From NCBI RefSeq assembly GCF_964355755.1, contig NC_092672.1, forward strand, positions 38,756,437 through 38,820,436: DNA of 64,000 bases, given 5' to 3'. The DNA comes from Antedon mediterranea (taxonomy: Eukaryota; Animalia; Echinodermata). This document shows positions 1 to 14,500 of the stretch, piece after piece (position 1 is the first letter of the stretch; each line of letters starts with the position of its first letter). A program made the translations under genes and the position numbers. Under the pieces are notes generated by a model. That model was not told the origin of the DNA and made no database searches. It worked only from the letters and a program-made list of their open reading frames with translations.

Positions 1-426
1 CGAACTGCAAACTTCGACTACTTCGTTTTTGAATCGAATTTGAAGTAATAGCTCGAACTACGACTTTTCCAAGTCGAACTTCGAACTATGACTAAAGTCC
101 GGTTTAAGAATACGGGCGTATGTGACAAAAGAGTGTGATGTGCCCGAATATGGTAGTGATATGCCAAAATATGGTAGTGATATGACATCATCATGTCCAT
201 ATATGGGCACATCACATTTTGTTGTCACATAAAGCTTGATAGTGTAGACAGAGCATTTAATGTACTGTTGTTCTACTACTACTTCCTATTCAATGAATTT
301 TCTGTATTAAAATGACAAAAAGACATTGCCAGTGAATTTCTTATATTGTAGTTATATTGTAAAGTTGCGTGACAAATTGGTGTTGATTTATGTGTAATGC
401 AAGTATGTGTTTTGTTTTTATAACAG

Positions 427-654
427 AAAGGGGAAAATGAAGACTCCGGAGATTTTATAGCTGCAGAAGATATTGCTAAATTCAAACTAGAAAACAAAAA
501 CTTTTCTCAGAAACGCAAAAAACTTAGGGCTAAATTATTAAGAGAGTTCCAGGAAAAGTTTGTACCTGGTAACAACGGAGAAGGCTACCATCATAGATGC
601 TGTCATCACTTGGATAAGTGTACATCAGAAATCAGTCAAATGTTTCTGGACTAA
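427..654 (+). CDS. Terminal coding exon of an upstream gene, possibly GGNBP2/ZNF403-like C-terminus
   Basis: Acceptor ttttataacAG at 425-426, then a 75-codon open frame KGENEDSGDFIAAEDIAKFKLENKNFSQKRKKLRAKLLREF...QMFLD* ending TAA 654. The pattern FI..E.I..F...N..F...R...R..L..F recalls the GGNBP2 C-terminus (from memory, unverified). Confidence 0.45.
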   Translation, partial: KGENEDSGDFIAAEDIAKFKLENKNFSQKRKKLRAKLLREFQEKFVPGNNGEGYHHRCCHHLDKCTSEISQMFLD

Positions 655-1886
655 GCTACTAGGTCTTGAATCATCAATTTACTTTTGTTGTTGGCTTCAG
701 TTTGACAGACAAGAACTGAGAAGTTTATGAGCTTCAGTAAAATATATCATATCAAATATTTTAGTCCAACTGGAATAATATTGGTTTTTTACAATAAAAA
801 AAAATTTATTTCTTACAAGTGATTGAAAAAAGAGACAGTTTATTCTAATGACATTTATCATTTGTATCCAACATCATTATTTCCATCTTTTGTTTTCTTT
901 CAATATTTTTTTTAAAATTATTATTTTAACAGCTATGTGTAATCCTGGGGTCATCCTGGGGTCACTTGATAATAAAACGATTGAATCGCTACTACATTTA
1001 TTCAACAAATGTAGCAAAGCACACTGCTGAGTAAGGTTATAAATGTTACCAATATTAATTTTTATTTTGAAGATGTAAAAGAATTCCGTAGTAATTTATA
1101 CCTTGTGATGCAAGAATATATTATTAAATCTTCCATTTTTTTAAATTTATTTACATATTGATTGTATAAATTTAGAACATTGAAATGTATGTTGATCATC
1201 AACAAGAAACATGATATTGATTTCCAAGTATATTTGAAAACTTACAATTTTGTTGTGTTTTATTTGATAAAATCTAAAGTTCTGTCTACACTATCAAACT
1301 CTATGTGACTAAACAATGTGATGTGCCCATATATATCATATCACATCGCTACCATATCACCACCATATTCATACTTTTTTAGCCAAACTAGTTTGATAAT
1401 GTAGACAGAGCGATTCACATTTTTGTGTCATGACAGTGTAAATGCAGAAAATAGTTCTTTAAAATTGCTTTTTTGTAATAATCGACTTAAACTGTGGAGG
1501 GATAACTGATTAGAACATGTTGATATTTTATCAGGTATCAGAGATTAAAATATAATTTCCCATATATAACATTATTATATAACAGTAGGTACAGTACAGG
1601 TAAAGTACAGTAGTACAACAGTTAGGATCGGTGAGAGAGACACGCCCATTTTTCCTGGGATTTGCCCTGATCCGGAAGTGAAAGTATCTTACGCAGTATA
1701 GAGTAACTCTCTCAGCAGCAGCAGCAAAGAGAGAAAAAAGTGAGAGATTGAGATTGTGTGAACGAGGCTAGTTGTCGCGTCGCGTACCAAACTGAGGATT
1801 ATTAACGTCTTTACATTACAACAATACAGAGAATAACTTACTGTTTATAATCTGTTTTGATCACAAATTTGCAAGATAAATCCACC

Positions 1887-4800
1887 ATGACTGATCGACA
1901 GGATAATGTCTTCACAGCTAAAATAGCTGAACAAGCTGAGAGATATGATGGTAGGGTCTGGCGATGGATATGAAATTATTGTTTTTATCGACGGTTTAGC
2001 CTACCTACTCGACTAGCTAGGCCTAGGCTAGGTAGCCCTCTATAATACAAGATAGAAACCTAGGCAAAACAAGGGACAGGGAGATGTAATCTGGTAGAAC
2101 TATATCATACAATATTATTAACGCCACCAGTTACTCCAAATCCTAGCCCCTCTCCCTCTTTCATTATTGACAATGTATAGGCCTAGGCCTATAATAAATA
2201 TTATAAGCTAGGCCTAGCTAGGGCCCTAACTAGGCCTAGTAGTAGGCTAGTACTAGTAGGACGAGGCTAGCCTGGCCCTACTAGGCAATGGCCTAGTTAG
2301 CTGTGCCGTGTAACTGTAGGTAGGAGTGGAGGGATATCCAAGTGGAGGCCTTATTAAGTTATTGAGGTTTTTAGGCCTAGCCTACTAAAATAGTAATATC
2401 TAGCCATCAAGATCAAGGCTTTAAAAATAGTATTTTATTTACTACTACTAGGCCTAGGCTAGTACTACTAAAAAATAGACGATTGATTCCATTTTTTGAA
2501 TAAGACCATGATCATGCCCAATCATTGGTAATTTAAAACTTTATATGATAATTATTTAGGCTATATATGCCTGGGTACCTAATCCGAGTCTACTATTTTA
2601 AACTGAAAAATTCTATATCAAACTTAATATTATGTTTCTCAACATTCCTATATTGTGTGTCTCTTGTATATTGTGTGTCTCTTGTATATTGTGTGTCTCT
2701 TGTATATTGTGTGTCTCTTGTATATTGTGTGTCTCTTGTATATTATGTGTCTCTTTGTATATTGTGTGTCTCTTTGTATATTGTGTGTCTCTTTGTATAT
2801 TGTGTGTCTCTTTGTATATTGTGTGTCTCTTGTATATTGTGTGTCTTCTTGTATATTGTGTGTCTCTTTGTATATTGTGTGTCTCTTTGTATATTGTGTG
2901 TCTCTTGTATATTGTGTGTCTCTTTGTATATTGTGTGTCTCTTTGTATATTGTGTGTCTCTTGTATATTGTGTGTCTCTTTGTATATTGTGTGTCTCTTT
3001 GTATATTGTGTGTCTCTTTGTATATTGTGTGTCTCTTTGTATATTGTGTGTCTCTATGTATATTGTGTGTCTCTTTGAATGAAAAAAAAAACATTTAAAG
3101 CCAGAATGAAGCCTTTGGTCCAAACGGCAACAAATATCTGGCCCAAAGCCTCGATCCTAGACAATCCAACACTGAAGATTTTCATGTTTTTGAGGGACAA
3201 TAGCAGACGTTTCAACCCCAAAATTATCAAATTAAATACACTAAATAAAAACAGAATTCAGAAAGTAAAACGTTTCTGTTGGATCTTAAAGTAAGGGAGG
3301 GAGGCCCCTCCAGAGAAATCGAGAGGATGGGAACATTTACAAATGCATCTTTATTGTACAGTATGTTGCACTGAAGTATTGTTTTTCTACAGACATGCAG
3401 GAAGCCATGAAGCAAGTAGCAAAGTTAGATGTAGAATTAACAATTGAAGAAAGAAACCTGTTGTCAGTGGCCTATAAGAATGTCATTGGAGCTAGAAGAG
3501 CTTCCTGGAGGATCATCACTAATATAGAAGACAAATTAGAGACTCAAGGAAGTGAACAGCAAAAGGAGCAAGTTAAGAATTATAAAGCAGAGGTAAATTC
3601 CTACATTTAGGCTGGTTAAATCAGTGTTTTGTTTCATTACACATTTGAAACAAATCAGGCCTGAGTCTCTAAGGGACATTCATATAGTCATGTATTATGG
3701 ACATTCTTGTAATGACAGATTCTGTGATGAAAGTAATGATTTTTCTATTACATCTTTTTCTTTTTTTAAACCATATTATTACGTTTCATTGTTGCATTAT
3801 AAATTATATTTTATTATCTTTTTTGAAGAAATAATTGTTTACTTTGATTTGGTTTTGATTTGTTTGTGACTGGACCAAACAATAAGAAACTTCTCTCTTG
3901 GTTGCCATTTAAAAATTTATGTAATCAGCCAAATTAATTTCTTTTTTAAGTTTCAAAATCTATTTAAGAATATTTCGACCTCAACTGAAATCCATCTTTT
4001 TTTTTTCAAAATATTACATTATTTTTTATATGTTTTCCTGGAATTTTGTCCACAATCTACGCTCACATTTGGAGTAAAATCAATTGAGTTTGGCCGAGTT
4101 TGATGAAATGTTGATGTCCACTGTACAATGTTAAAAGGTAACATTGACAGTTGAAGAAGGAACCAATGAAAATAGCAACATAAATTCAACTAGATTTGAA
4201 CTTTGTAACTTATCACAGTGACGTGTTTAGGTTATCTGTGGAAAAACAGCGTGTAACGTTGAAGCAACAACATTGCCTGTTTGATATGTTGCTTAATAAC
4301 TGTTAATGTTTTGTTTTAACTTTATATGATATAGAAAAAAAGTATAATGCACAATAGTGACATTGAAACTAATTCTGATTAATAACAATACTTCCTTTGT
4401 TTATAGATTGAAGGAGAATTACAAAAGATTTGTGAGGATATTTTGAAAGTTCTCAATACACATCTGATCAATTCAGCCGAGTCTGCAGAATCTAAAGTCT
4501 TCTACTACAAAATGTAAGTTACTTATTTGTAAACATTCAATATTCTTCAAAGGCCAATTTACACAGACCGTAATGGTAAAACAAAAATATAGAATCTATG
4601 GTGTTACTTAAATGATCATTTATAGACAGATTCTTTGTGGGACAAGCTATCTGCTTTTCTGCTACCGTCATCACTCATGTTTAGTATTCCCTTTTCTTTT
4701 GGTAAAACTATTTTTTGGCTTTTTTTTTTATTTTAGCCACAGTAATTGTTGGGTGTTGTTTATATATAATAGAATCAATGAGTAATGTAAGCTTAAAAGA

Positions 4801-5730
4801 ACAAAAAACAACGGAATTATGAGTATAGGGTTTGGTAGTAGAAACATATAATAATATGGTCAATAAGCAGAAGGAGAAAATGTCATTAAGGAAGCTGCTT
4901 AAAAGAGCAAAAAAAAAGTGAAGGGTGTGATAAAAATAATAATAATAATTTGCAATATTTGTATATTTATAGGAAAGGTGATTATCATCGTTACATGGCC
5001 GAGTTTACCTCTGGTACAAATAGAAAACAAGCTGCGGAAAACAGTCTTGAGGCCTACAAGGCAGCATGTGATATAGCTACTCGTGAATTAGCAGCTACAC
5101 ACCCCATCCGTCTTGGACTAGCACTTAACTTTTCTGTCTTTTACTATGAGATTTTGAATTCTCCTGAACGTGCTTGTAGACTGGCTAAAGCTGCATTTGA
5201 TGATGCAATTTCAGATTTAGAATCTATCAAAGATGATACTTACCGAGATTCAACACTGATCATGCAACTTTTACGAGATAATTTGACATTGTGGACGGCA
5301 GATATGGAGGGTGATGTTGAGGGTAAGCTTAGAACCTAATAATGCACAAGTCAGAGTGCGTTAGAACATAATAATGCACAAGTCAGAGTGCGTTAGAACC
5401 TAATAATGCACAAGTCAGAGTGCGTTAGAACCTAATAATGCACAAGTCAGAGTGCGTTAGAACCTAATAATGCACAAGTCGGAGTGCGTTAGAACCTAAT
5501 ATTGCACAAGTCAGAGTGAGTTAGAACCCAATTTTTCCTTCTTGCAAATGAATTAAAATGGGATTATTCTAGACTCCTTTACATTCACCAGTCTGCTAAC
5601 AATTTATTATCACTTCTTAAAATGCAAGGTACTGTATTTCAAATTTTCAGATGCGGAAGGAGGTGAAAAAGAGGAAAAGAAAGAGCAAGTAGCACAAGAA
5701 GAAGAGAAGACACCAGCTGTGGAATCATAA
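1887..5730 (+). CDS. YWHAE: 14-3-3 protein, epsilon-like (paralog A), 5 coding exons
   Basis: Exons 1887-1950, 3393-3592, 4407-4513, 4973-5322, 5651-5730, all GT-AG and in phase. Motifs [74 protein letters not shown]; acidic tail. Kozak-like ccaccATG. Confidence 0.95.
2650..3077. repeat. 18/19 bp minisatellite (TGTATATTGTGTGTCTCT[T]), about 23 copies, in 14-3-3 A intron 1
   Basis: Direct tandem repeats; explains overlapping low-complexity ORFs at 2567-3123. Confidence 0.95.
5329..5529. repeat. 32 bp tandem repeat, about 6 copies, starting immediately after the 14-3-3 A exon 4 donor
   Basis: Unit TTAGAACCTAATAATGCACAAGTCAGAGTGCG. Confidence 0.9.
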
Positions 5731-8563
5731 TGTAATCTTGAAGAAGAATGCTAATGGTAGTATATGCTTTGGTAGCAAGACTACAATGCAGCATGCACCA
5801 TATAATGGCATCTACATTTGGTCTGCTCAGGTGTTAAGTACAGACTTACAGACAAGTCTCAGTGACCCCATGCTTGGAAACTGACATAATTATCTGCAAG
5901 AAAGTCTCTCAATATAAAATTGTAAATGTGTTACTATATTTCATTAAGGTTAGTGCTTTTTGTGTGGCCCTTCACAAATGAGCACTTGAGTACAATATTA
6001 ATAAATAAAGGTAATTTTTGTATTTGGTATTTGTATAGAATATACACATTACATATGTTCACTTTACTACAAAATAGAAACAAATCAAATTCTTGTTTAA
6101 CTTAAGAATGTAATGAGTGTAAACTTAAGAATGTAGTGAGTGTAAACTTTAGAATCTAGTGAGCTGCTATGATGATAGTTCCTTGATAATTTGATATACT
6201 TTACCGCTAATTATTTGCTTACAGAAAACCTTTTTAGAGGGTTTTAATTCAAGCTTTGGTTAAAGTTCACTTTTATTGCAATGTTTTAATCTTGCTATAA
6301 AGATTACAAGATGAAACTTGGTGATTTCTTGTTCACATTAAAATGAATATCAGTGAAGAATGTTGTGTCATGAAAAAAAAATACTGTATTCTAAAAATTG
6401 ATGTACAGTAGATTAAAACAATTTCCAGATAGTACTGTAGTACTGCATGTTCATCAAATCTTTTATTAAACTATTTGCAAAATATAAATGTTTACATGAG
6501 CAGCAGCATTCAAGAATGTGTAGCATTTAGAGGTCCTTCATTATTTTTTGTTTGTCCGTCCATTTGTTCATTAATACCTAATGTATAGTTTACATTATGC
6601 ATCAATTTGTGTCTGAATGGTCATTTAAAACATTTGAAATATAACAATAGAAGTACCTGTAATGAAAAGATACTTCTCTCCCACCATAAATGAAAATATG
6701 CAATTATAAACATTTAATTTGAAGTCGGTGTTAATGTTTGCCAATCATTTTGTAAGACATTTTGGTTAGGCTATGGAGGGATTCCTAAAGGATAGTTTGT
6801 ATCATGTCTTTTGAAAATGACATCACATTGCTAACGACACCCACTTGATATTGCAAAGCATTAAAATTGTCTGAACAACCACAAAAACAAAGTAAACTTA
6901 ATAATAAGCATGTATACAATGTTCTAAATTCTAAAACAGACTGCTTCAGCAGTAACTGGTGTTTTAAGTATATTTAGTTTACTGTATATAATTATATCAT
7001 AGACCAAGTGTTTTTTATAAATACCTTTTGTAAATAAGTTAATTATGTCAATTTGACATGATAATTTATGAACTTGATTATAACACACACATCCTTGCCA
7101 TTAGATTGGTTTATTCCGTATCATGTGTGCATGTGTTTTTGCTAGGCCGGATGAATGCTCCATCAATATCCAGCCTGTAGTGTGCAAGGAATACTGCTTT
7201 ACTCCCACGGCCAAAAGATGAGCACCTCCTTTTTACTAGGTCAAGGCCTTGCGATATTAAATTTAATATAAGTGGCGGATTAATTGAATAAATGGTTTAC
7301 TCCACCTAATTGAATAGAACAGTTATTCTTTTAACTCGTCAAAATATTCTTCCAATTTCATTTCAACATTTATTTTGTATATTATTTCACTGGAAACCGG
7401 CCTTCTACAAGTGATGTGTTTGACTGGAGAAAGTGTTGTATACTATAATATATTAAAGCCACCCTGGATTATTGTTGAGTAGACAGGAGAAAAAAATGAT
7501 TATGTTTCCCGTGTCAATTTATACAGAATTATCAATTATTGATCATTTAAATCTTGTAAACCAATATGTTTGTTAATCATTATTGTTTAGTTTAAATTGA
7601 TAATAATGGTACTGTACCATATTTTCTTTTCAGGTAATGTAAATACTGTACCATTTAATATGGTCAACAGTCCACTTTGAGTTGAGGAATAATAGCCCCA
7701 GCATAGCAGAAAATACTGTAGTAGGCTAAATACTCTGCTTTTAAAATCCCTCATTTTGATGATACAACCAAGACTTATTTTGTGTATGGTACATTTTCGC
7801 TGTGAACATGGACGCTTTTATCTTACCACATGAGTGATGAAAAAGTTGTTTTGGCAAGCTGAAGTGGTAATCTAGTCCAAATTTAAAATGTGTTTACTAA
7901 TTATAATTAAAGTAAGTTATTCACTATGTAGTTAAGTATATATTTAACTTTTTTTTAATTGTCTAATAAGTAAAATAAATTCTTGACATTAAAAATAACA
8001 TCATTCTATCAAAGTTGTGTTTATTGTAGTGCTACTTACGGTTCTCAGCTCAATAACTAAAAACAGTGTTACCAAATACAATGTGCAAAACAAAATATTT
8101 CATTACCGAGAATAATGATGGAGGCTAAATCCGTTTTTATGGAACCAAAGTATAATAAAATAATGTTAACACTAACATTGAACAACTAATAACTAATCTA
8201 TGTGCCAAATTATTTCTATAGAGTATATATTATATTTTTGCAATATTCTGTGATACTAAAATAATGGCTATATTAGTGTTTTCTCCACTTTTTAAAGAAA
8301 ATTTATATACAGTAAATAATGAAGACACAGCCAGAGTGACTGTTCTCATGCTGCATGTACTGTACGACGCATAACGCGGTATATACAGTATGTCAGGGTA
8401 AGTGCGGATGAATATTGTGTTTCTGTAAAAAGTCTGACGATGACCCACACACCGTTCAACCCGGAACTTTTTTATTAGGTGTTGGCGGGTGTATATAGAT
8501 AGCGAATTTCTTTAGAACCGGAATAAATCGCTTAAAATCTTCTTTTAAATCAAGTCATCCAAC

Positions 8564-11500
8564 ATGGTGGAGGGTAGAGAAGATTGGGTGTACATGGCTA
8601 AATTGGCCGAACAAGCAGAAAGATATGACGGTATATTTTGTATTGTTTATAGAATTTATAATGATGAGACTTGATTGAATTTCTAAATAACTGCTCATCT
8701 CTCTCTCTGCTGTGTATAAGCGGGTTTCCTCCTGGCAAACCGTAAAATGGCGTAGCGACTGACAGAATGGGCGTGTATTATTTACTTTTTAGGAATATTA
8801 CTATATTTCATAAATATTAAAAATGAGTTTTAGAAACATACAGTGTGTGAATATTCAATTTTCCTAGCTAGTAGGCCTATAATTTCACATTCTTGATAGA
8901 TATACTATACTAGCCTCTTCCAGCCTGCCTCTCACACCTCTCACACCCCTCTCAGTCTCAGAGTCAGTAAATAATTATAGAATATAGGACCTAGGCCTAG
9001 CCTACAACTACTGTGCTAGCCTAGGCCTAGGCTATGATAGTTTAAAAGAACTATAGGCTTAGGCCTACTAACCTAGGGTAATAATATATTATAGCTAGAG
9101 GCTACTTTCCATACAATTGTTGACATTTAAAAAATATAATAATAGCATATTGCCATTAATTTTAGTGAAGTCAAATCATTATTAATATTACATTAAATGT
9201 GTTATTCCGTGTTATTTATAGTTGGAAGTGAATACAGCAATTGTCAATTATTAATAATGTGTATCATTTTATTAAAATACATACAATAATAATAAACTAT
9301 GGCCACTTTTAAAATTTGTTGCTAAGGATGTACCAAACAGTGGTAAAGGGCCTTTCACACCTGCTCCGGCACTGTTCCGGTCCGGCGACGGCAAATCCAA
9401 TCGAACGTCAATGTTTCGTTTTTACGCGGCTACGCGCATATCGATTGGTGCTTGGCCGCGTGGAGCGTCGTGAAAACGAAACATTGGCGTTCGATTCGCC
9501 GGACCGGAACCGTGCCGGAACAGGTGTGAAAGGCCCTTAACTGTGCACCAGTTTATGGTCCCCAATTTTCTAATATCAATTTTATACTATTAGAATTACA
9601 GTACTACTATTTTTTAAGTGTACTAATTGCAAACAATTCTCCATGTAGCACCGCACATACTCCACAATGACTTAAAATTTGACTGTATCTCTAACACACA
9701 GAGATAGAAAATAGATAGGATTTGTTTACTAAAAAAAAACTTCGAAACGGTGAGTCTAGTGGTGTATTCATACGCCAAGATAATATAGTTCCACATACCA
9801 TGGGTTTTTTTTGTCTAAGAAATATTTAAGTGCTAAAAAACAAGTACCACAAAGAAGGTTCATTTACAGTATTTAATTTTTTAACAAATTTTGTGAATAT
9901 TCCGTGCATATTCGACTGGATACCAAATACAGCATTGCCTTTAATTTAGCAATGTTTTGAATTGGTTGACAGTCCGAAGTGGTGTCGAATAGGATATACT
10001 GCAGGGAAAAATTTCATCTTAAAATTTTGTTTAGCAATATTGCTAATAAAACTGATTTTTGAGTCGAGAAACATTGTTTTCTATAGTATATTTTGCTACA
10101 CAATTTTAGAAATGTGTAGCAAGAAGGTTGTTTTGTATAGCTTTTTGCTATGCTACACTGGCGAAATTATTCCCTGTACTGTGAACTAGATGCAAAAAAC
10201 ACTGTTGTGTGAAGAACAATCTGTGGTTCCCACACAACGAACACACAAAATGTCACATACCTGTGTTATACCGGTGTAAAAAGTATGATGTTTTGTTGAT
10301 TGCTGTACGATACAGTAGAACCTGTGTTTTACGTACCCTGATTTTACGTTCCCTCGATTTTACGTATGCTTAAAATAACCGATGACGTCATCATTTTCTT
10401 ACATTGAGGGCGCAATTTAACAACAACAAGACAACAACAAAGCACACAAAGCCACTATCATGGCTGTGTGAGGAATTCTGCTGTGTGTGGGACAAGCTAC
10501 ACACGTGCATTCCCCCTAAAGCAGCGACTGTTTTTATTGATAGAAAACAATTATATTTTACACTTTATTTAAACATCGCACAGCCTGTATATACTGTACT
10601 TTTCTAGTTAGACCTCACATCTTGCTAGGCCTGCTAGCCTAGCCTGAATAGCCTAGGCCTAGCCCTAGCTAGTGACCACCTCAGCCTGCATACTGTACAG
10701 AAGTAGGCAAATACGGCTAGCTACGATCTCTACGTATTTGGGGTCAATTTAAGGTCAACCTTGATTTTACGAATCCCTTGTTTTAATAATACCACATTTA
10801 TATAGCGTCCTTTTCATGAGTAATTATGCTCAAAGGCGCTTTACAAGCATTATTACCCCAGTATTTTTTTTTGGATCAAACACGTATGGAAACATACTCC
10901 CATAATGCAGCCGGTAACCAGCGCAAAGTTGTGTGTAGATCTAACTGGGTACCCATTTATACACCTGGGTGGAGAGAGGCAACGTAAGTAAAGTATCTTG
11001 CCTACGGATACAAGCAATGCGGCGAGAGTTGGATTCGAACCTAGGTCTGACGATCGGTAGTCCAACGTCCAACACACTGCGCCACACGCCCTTTTACGTA
11101 CGCCTTTCGGTCCCGTACCGTACGTTTTGTTAAGGTGGCCAAATACTGTACGAGCTTTGCTCTTTTTGGTCATCCTTCCATTTTTGCTATATATTCATGA
11201 CACTTGTTTTATTGGAAAATAAAAACTGAAACTGAAACTGTAAAATGAAGGTTCTACTGTACATGGTAATGTCATTAATTAGTCTACTCTCCGGCCAACT
11301 GGAGTGTCATTTATCATGAATTTTATGTGCGAGAGTACCATTTCGGACCATCTAGGGGTGTATAACAAAATTCGCTTCACTCAAATACTAATTTTTCTTT
11401 TAATAGAAATGGTTAATTCAATGAAAAAAGTAGCTCAATTAAATAAGGAGTTAACTGTAGAAGAAAGGAATTTACTGTCAGTTGCCTACAAAAATGTAAT

Positions 11501-14500
11501 TGGAGCTAAGAGGGCCTCGTGGAGGATTATCAACAGCATTGAACAGAAGGAGAAGTCTAATGAAGAAGGCGGCCATTCCAAAGAAGTTGATAAATCAAGA
11601 AAGTCATCATCGGAAGAGTATAAAAATAAGGTTTGCTTTAGATTTTTTATTTTTTTAATTGATTTTATAAAAAGTTGGTGAATTTTAATCAGAAAGATAA
11701 TCCCTTGTAGTAGGTATCCCAATGAAGCGGATTTTCGTTACCGCGATTTTAACACGTTCGTGAAATTTCAAAAAGTGACGTGTCTTTGAAGTTAAAAATA
11801 TACTATTTCTACATGTGAATAAAAATTATATGTCTGGAAAGATCTTGTTTAAGGGATTATTTTCATATATTTTTAATCTATGTTTATTAAATATTTTAAT
11901 AGAAAACGCGAGTTAAAAATGAGGTACAAAAGCCGGCGAGCCGAAATCCGCGCGCTAAAAATAACTTTGGAAAACACCTACCCATTTTCAAAACACGATC
12001 GCACGAGGTCCATAATAGGTGGTGGAGTAATTTTTGTAGCATGTTATCAGGCTTTAAATACTCTTTATTTTGATATGTAAATCGGTTATTATTATTATGT
12101 ACATCCGCCTCAAATGTCAATTTTAACGATAAAAATTGAATTTTTTAGTCTTTCTCATTATCAAAATCTGGCTAATTTAGTATTGAATTGAAGCTAATTT
12201 ATATTTCTGTTTGATAAACCACATCGTTTTATTTGACTTTGCGTGGACCTCGTGCGAAGAGGCCAACAAGACCAACCACTGAAAAAAATAATCCCTACCA
12301 TAAATATCAGTGTTTACCATTTTCCTTACGGGGGGATTCAGTTCTCCGCTTATTACTAAATTACCGTCGCCCAGACAATGTGCATGGTATGCATGTATTA
12401 GCGCGTTAATTAATGATTGGATAACCCCTGCAGTGGACTGTTCCATTTTCTGAACTAGTCTTCGCCGCACACGAGGCATGTCGATAAATGTCGCCTCTCA
12501 TGGAATATTTGCTTCGAAACGTCAATTTTACCGATTTATTAAATTATTTAATAAGTGGAATATTTATAAATCTACTATATAAAGCAAGTACGTTAGGAAG
12601 AAATGTACCGAAGAAATTTAAGAAGCTTTGATTTTGCTATGCAGCGGCCGTAAGCCATTCTATGTAGGCGGCCGAAACGCGCTTTGGCCTGTGTTGCCGT
12701 TGTATGTCTACGCTGTTTCTAGGCCTAAATTTTATTCCGTATATTTCAATTCAAAGTGCAACTTTCGGTTAGAATAATCGAAGAGAAATAAAATTAAACA
12801 TGTTACAATTATACCATTGAGGTAATTACTTTGTTAAATAAAAAATTTCTTCCCGATATTTCTTAGGCAGAATTTAGCGTCAGGCTTTTATTTAGACCTT
12901 CTAGGGGCCTATATAACTTAACTTGTAGTAGGCGCGGCCGAGTCTACGTTCGGCCCGGCGCTCCAAATGAAATCGTAACGCATAATAAGCACGGGCTTAA
13001 TTCTTATTTTTGGCGGTTCGAAAATCAATTAAAATAATATATGATTATAAATATAACTTTAAATACTAGAATTATAAAAAAAATGTATACTTACGAAAAA
13101 TAATATTTAATGAAAAGAAAAAATACCCACACAGTTTTTTAACGCAATATTTTTTTTTTTTCACATTTTAACATTTTTTAACAATATTTTATGTTGTATT
13201 TCAGAATTACCTACCTGTCAATATAAATAACCTTACTAAAATACCAATTACATTTTATGCAATGCAAAAAAAAAGAAGTTAATTCACACATTGGTTCAAA
13301 AGTTATGAATCATTTAAAGACCGGAACTTTTTGGGCATTTTTGAGACATTGGGAAAATCACGCGTAAAAAGCCCTCGGACGAATTTTGGAGGGCGATATC
13401 TAAAAAAAAAAAATGTCGAGGACACCCAAAAAAAAATATTCTTGTACAACTCTGTTGTATCTATAGGTTTGGAAAAAATAAGAACTTTAAAATTATTAGT
13501 ATAAAAGTTATAACCCTTCAAAAATGGGTTCAAATATAATTAGAAAAAGTGCCATTTTTCAAGCAAAAATCACTGTTTTTTGGGCACTTTAACCGACCAT
13601 AACTTTTGAATGGATAATCCGATTTCAATCATTTAAATTGCAAAAGTTTATGTTCAGTAAGTTCCTTCTGATTAACTGAAAGAAAAAGTACCATCATTAA
13701 TTTGAATTTTTACATTGGGATACCTACTTGCAGTGATCATTTGAAAAGTGGTGTATGTAACATATTAGATTAACATTGGTATTTTACTGTAGGTTGAAAA
13801 GGAACTTCGAGATACATGCGAGGACATTTTATACGTACTTCAAGAAAATCTAATCCCTCATTCAGATTTGAAAGATGAATCTACAGTGTTTTATAACAAA
13901 ATGTAAGTGTACTGTAAATGTATACTAGACACCTGATTTTATTCATTCAGTTAGCTTTGACATTTTACTTATGTGTGCATGCAGTTTTTTTAAAGTATCA
14001 CTTGCCACGTTCGAACAACTACTCAAATCCCACCTTTTTAATTTGCATTTTTTAACATTAACTAATTAATTATAGTGCTTTTACATTAGATGTGCCCTGC
14101 TGCTGTTTGTGCTATATAAATTGAATATTATTATTATTAATTATTTATGTCCTTGAATTTAGTAACTAGAAAATTCTTAAAGAAGAGCCTTTGATTGTCA
14201 ATTTTAAGTATGTTAGTCAATATTTCCAATATATTTTGCAGGAAAGGAGATTACTACAGATACCTAGCAGAATTTGCTGTTGGACAAGACAAAACAGAGG
14301 CAGCAGAGAAGAGTTTAGTAGCCTATAAACAAGCAACGGAGAAAGCTAATACAAATTTACCATCCACTCATCCCATTCGATTGGGTCTAGCTCTTAACTT
14401 CTCGGTGTTCTACTATGAAATCTTAAATGCTCCGGATCGTGCATGTAGGTTAGCCAAAAGCGCTTTTGATGATGCAATAGCCGAGTTGGATACGCTAAAT

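Noticed and set aside
2567-3123. Overlapping Cys/Val/Tyr-rich and Lys/His-rich ORFs
   Set aside because: Translations of an 18/19 bp minisatellite.
11020-11091. tRNA gene on the minus strand
   Set aside because: A and B boxes present but no acceptor stem; continues into a SINE body. Similar degenerate heads at about 19045-19095 and 44823-44887.
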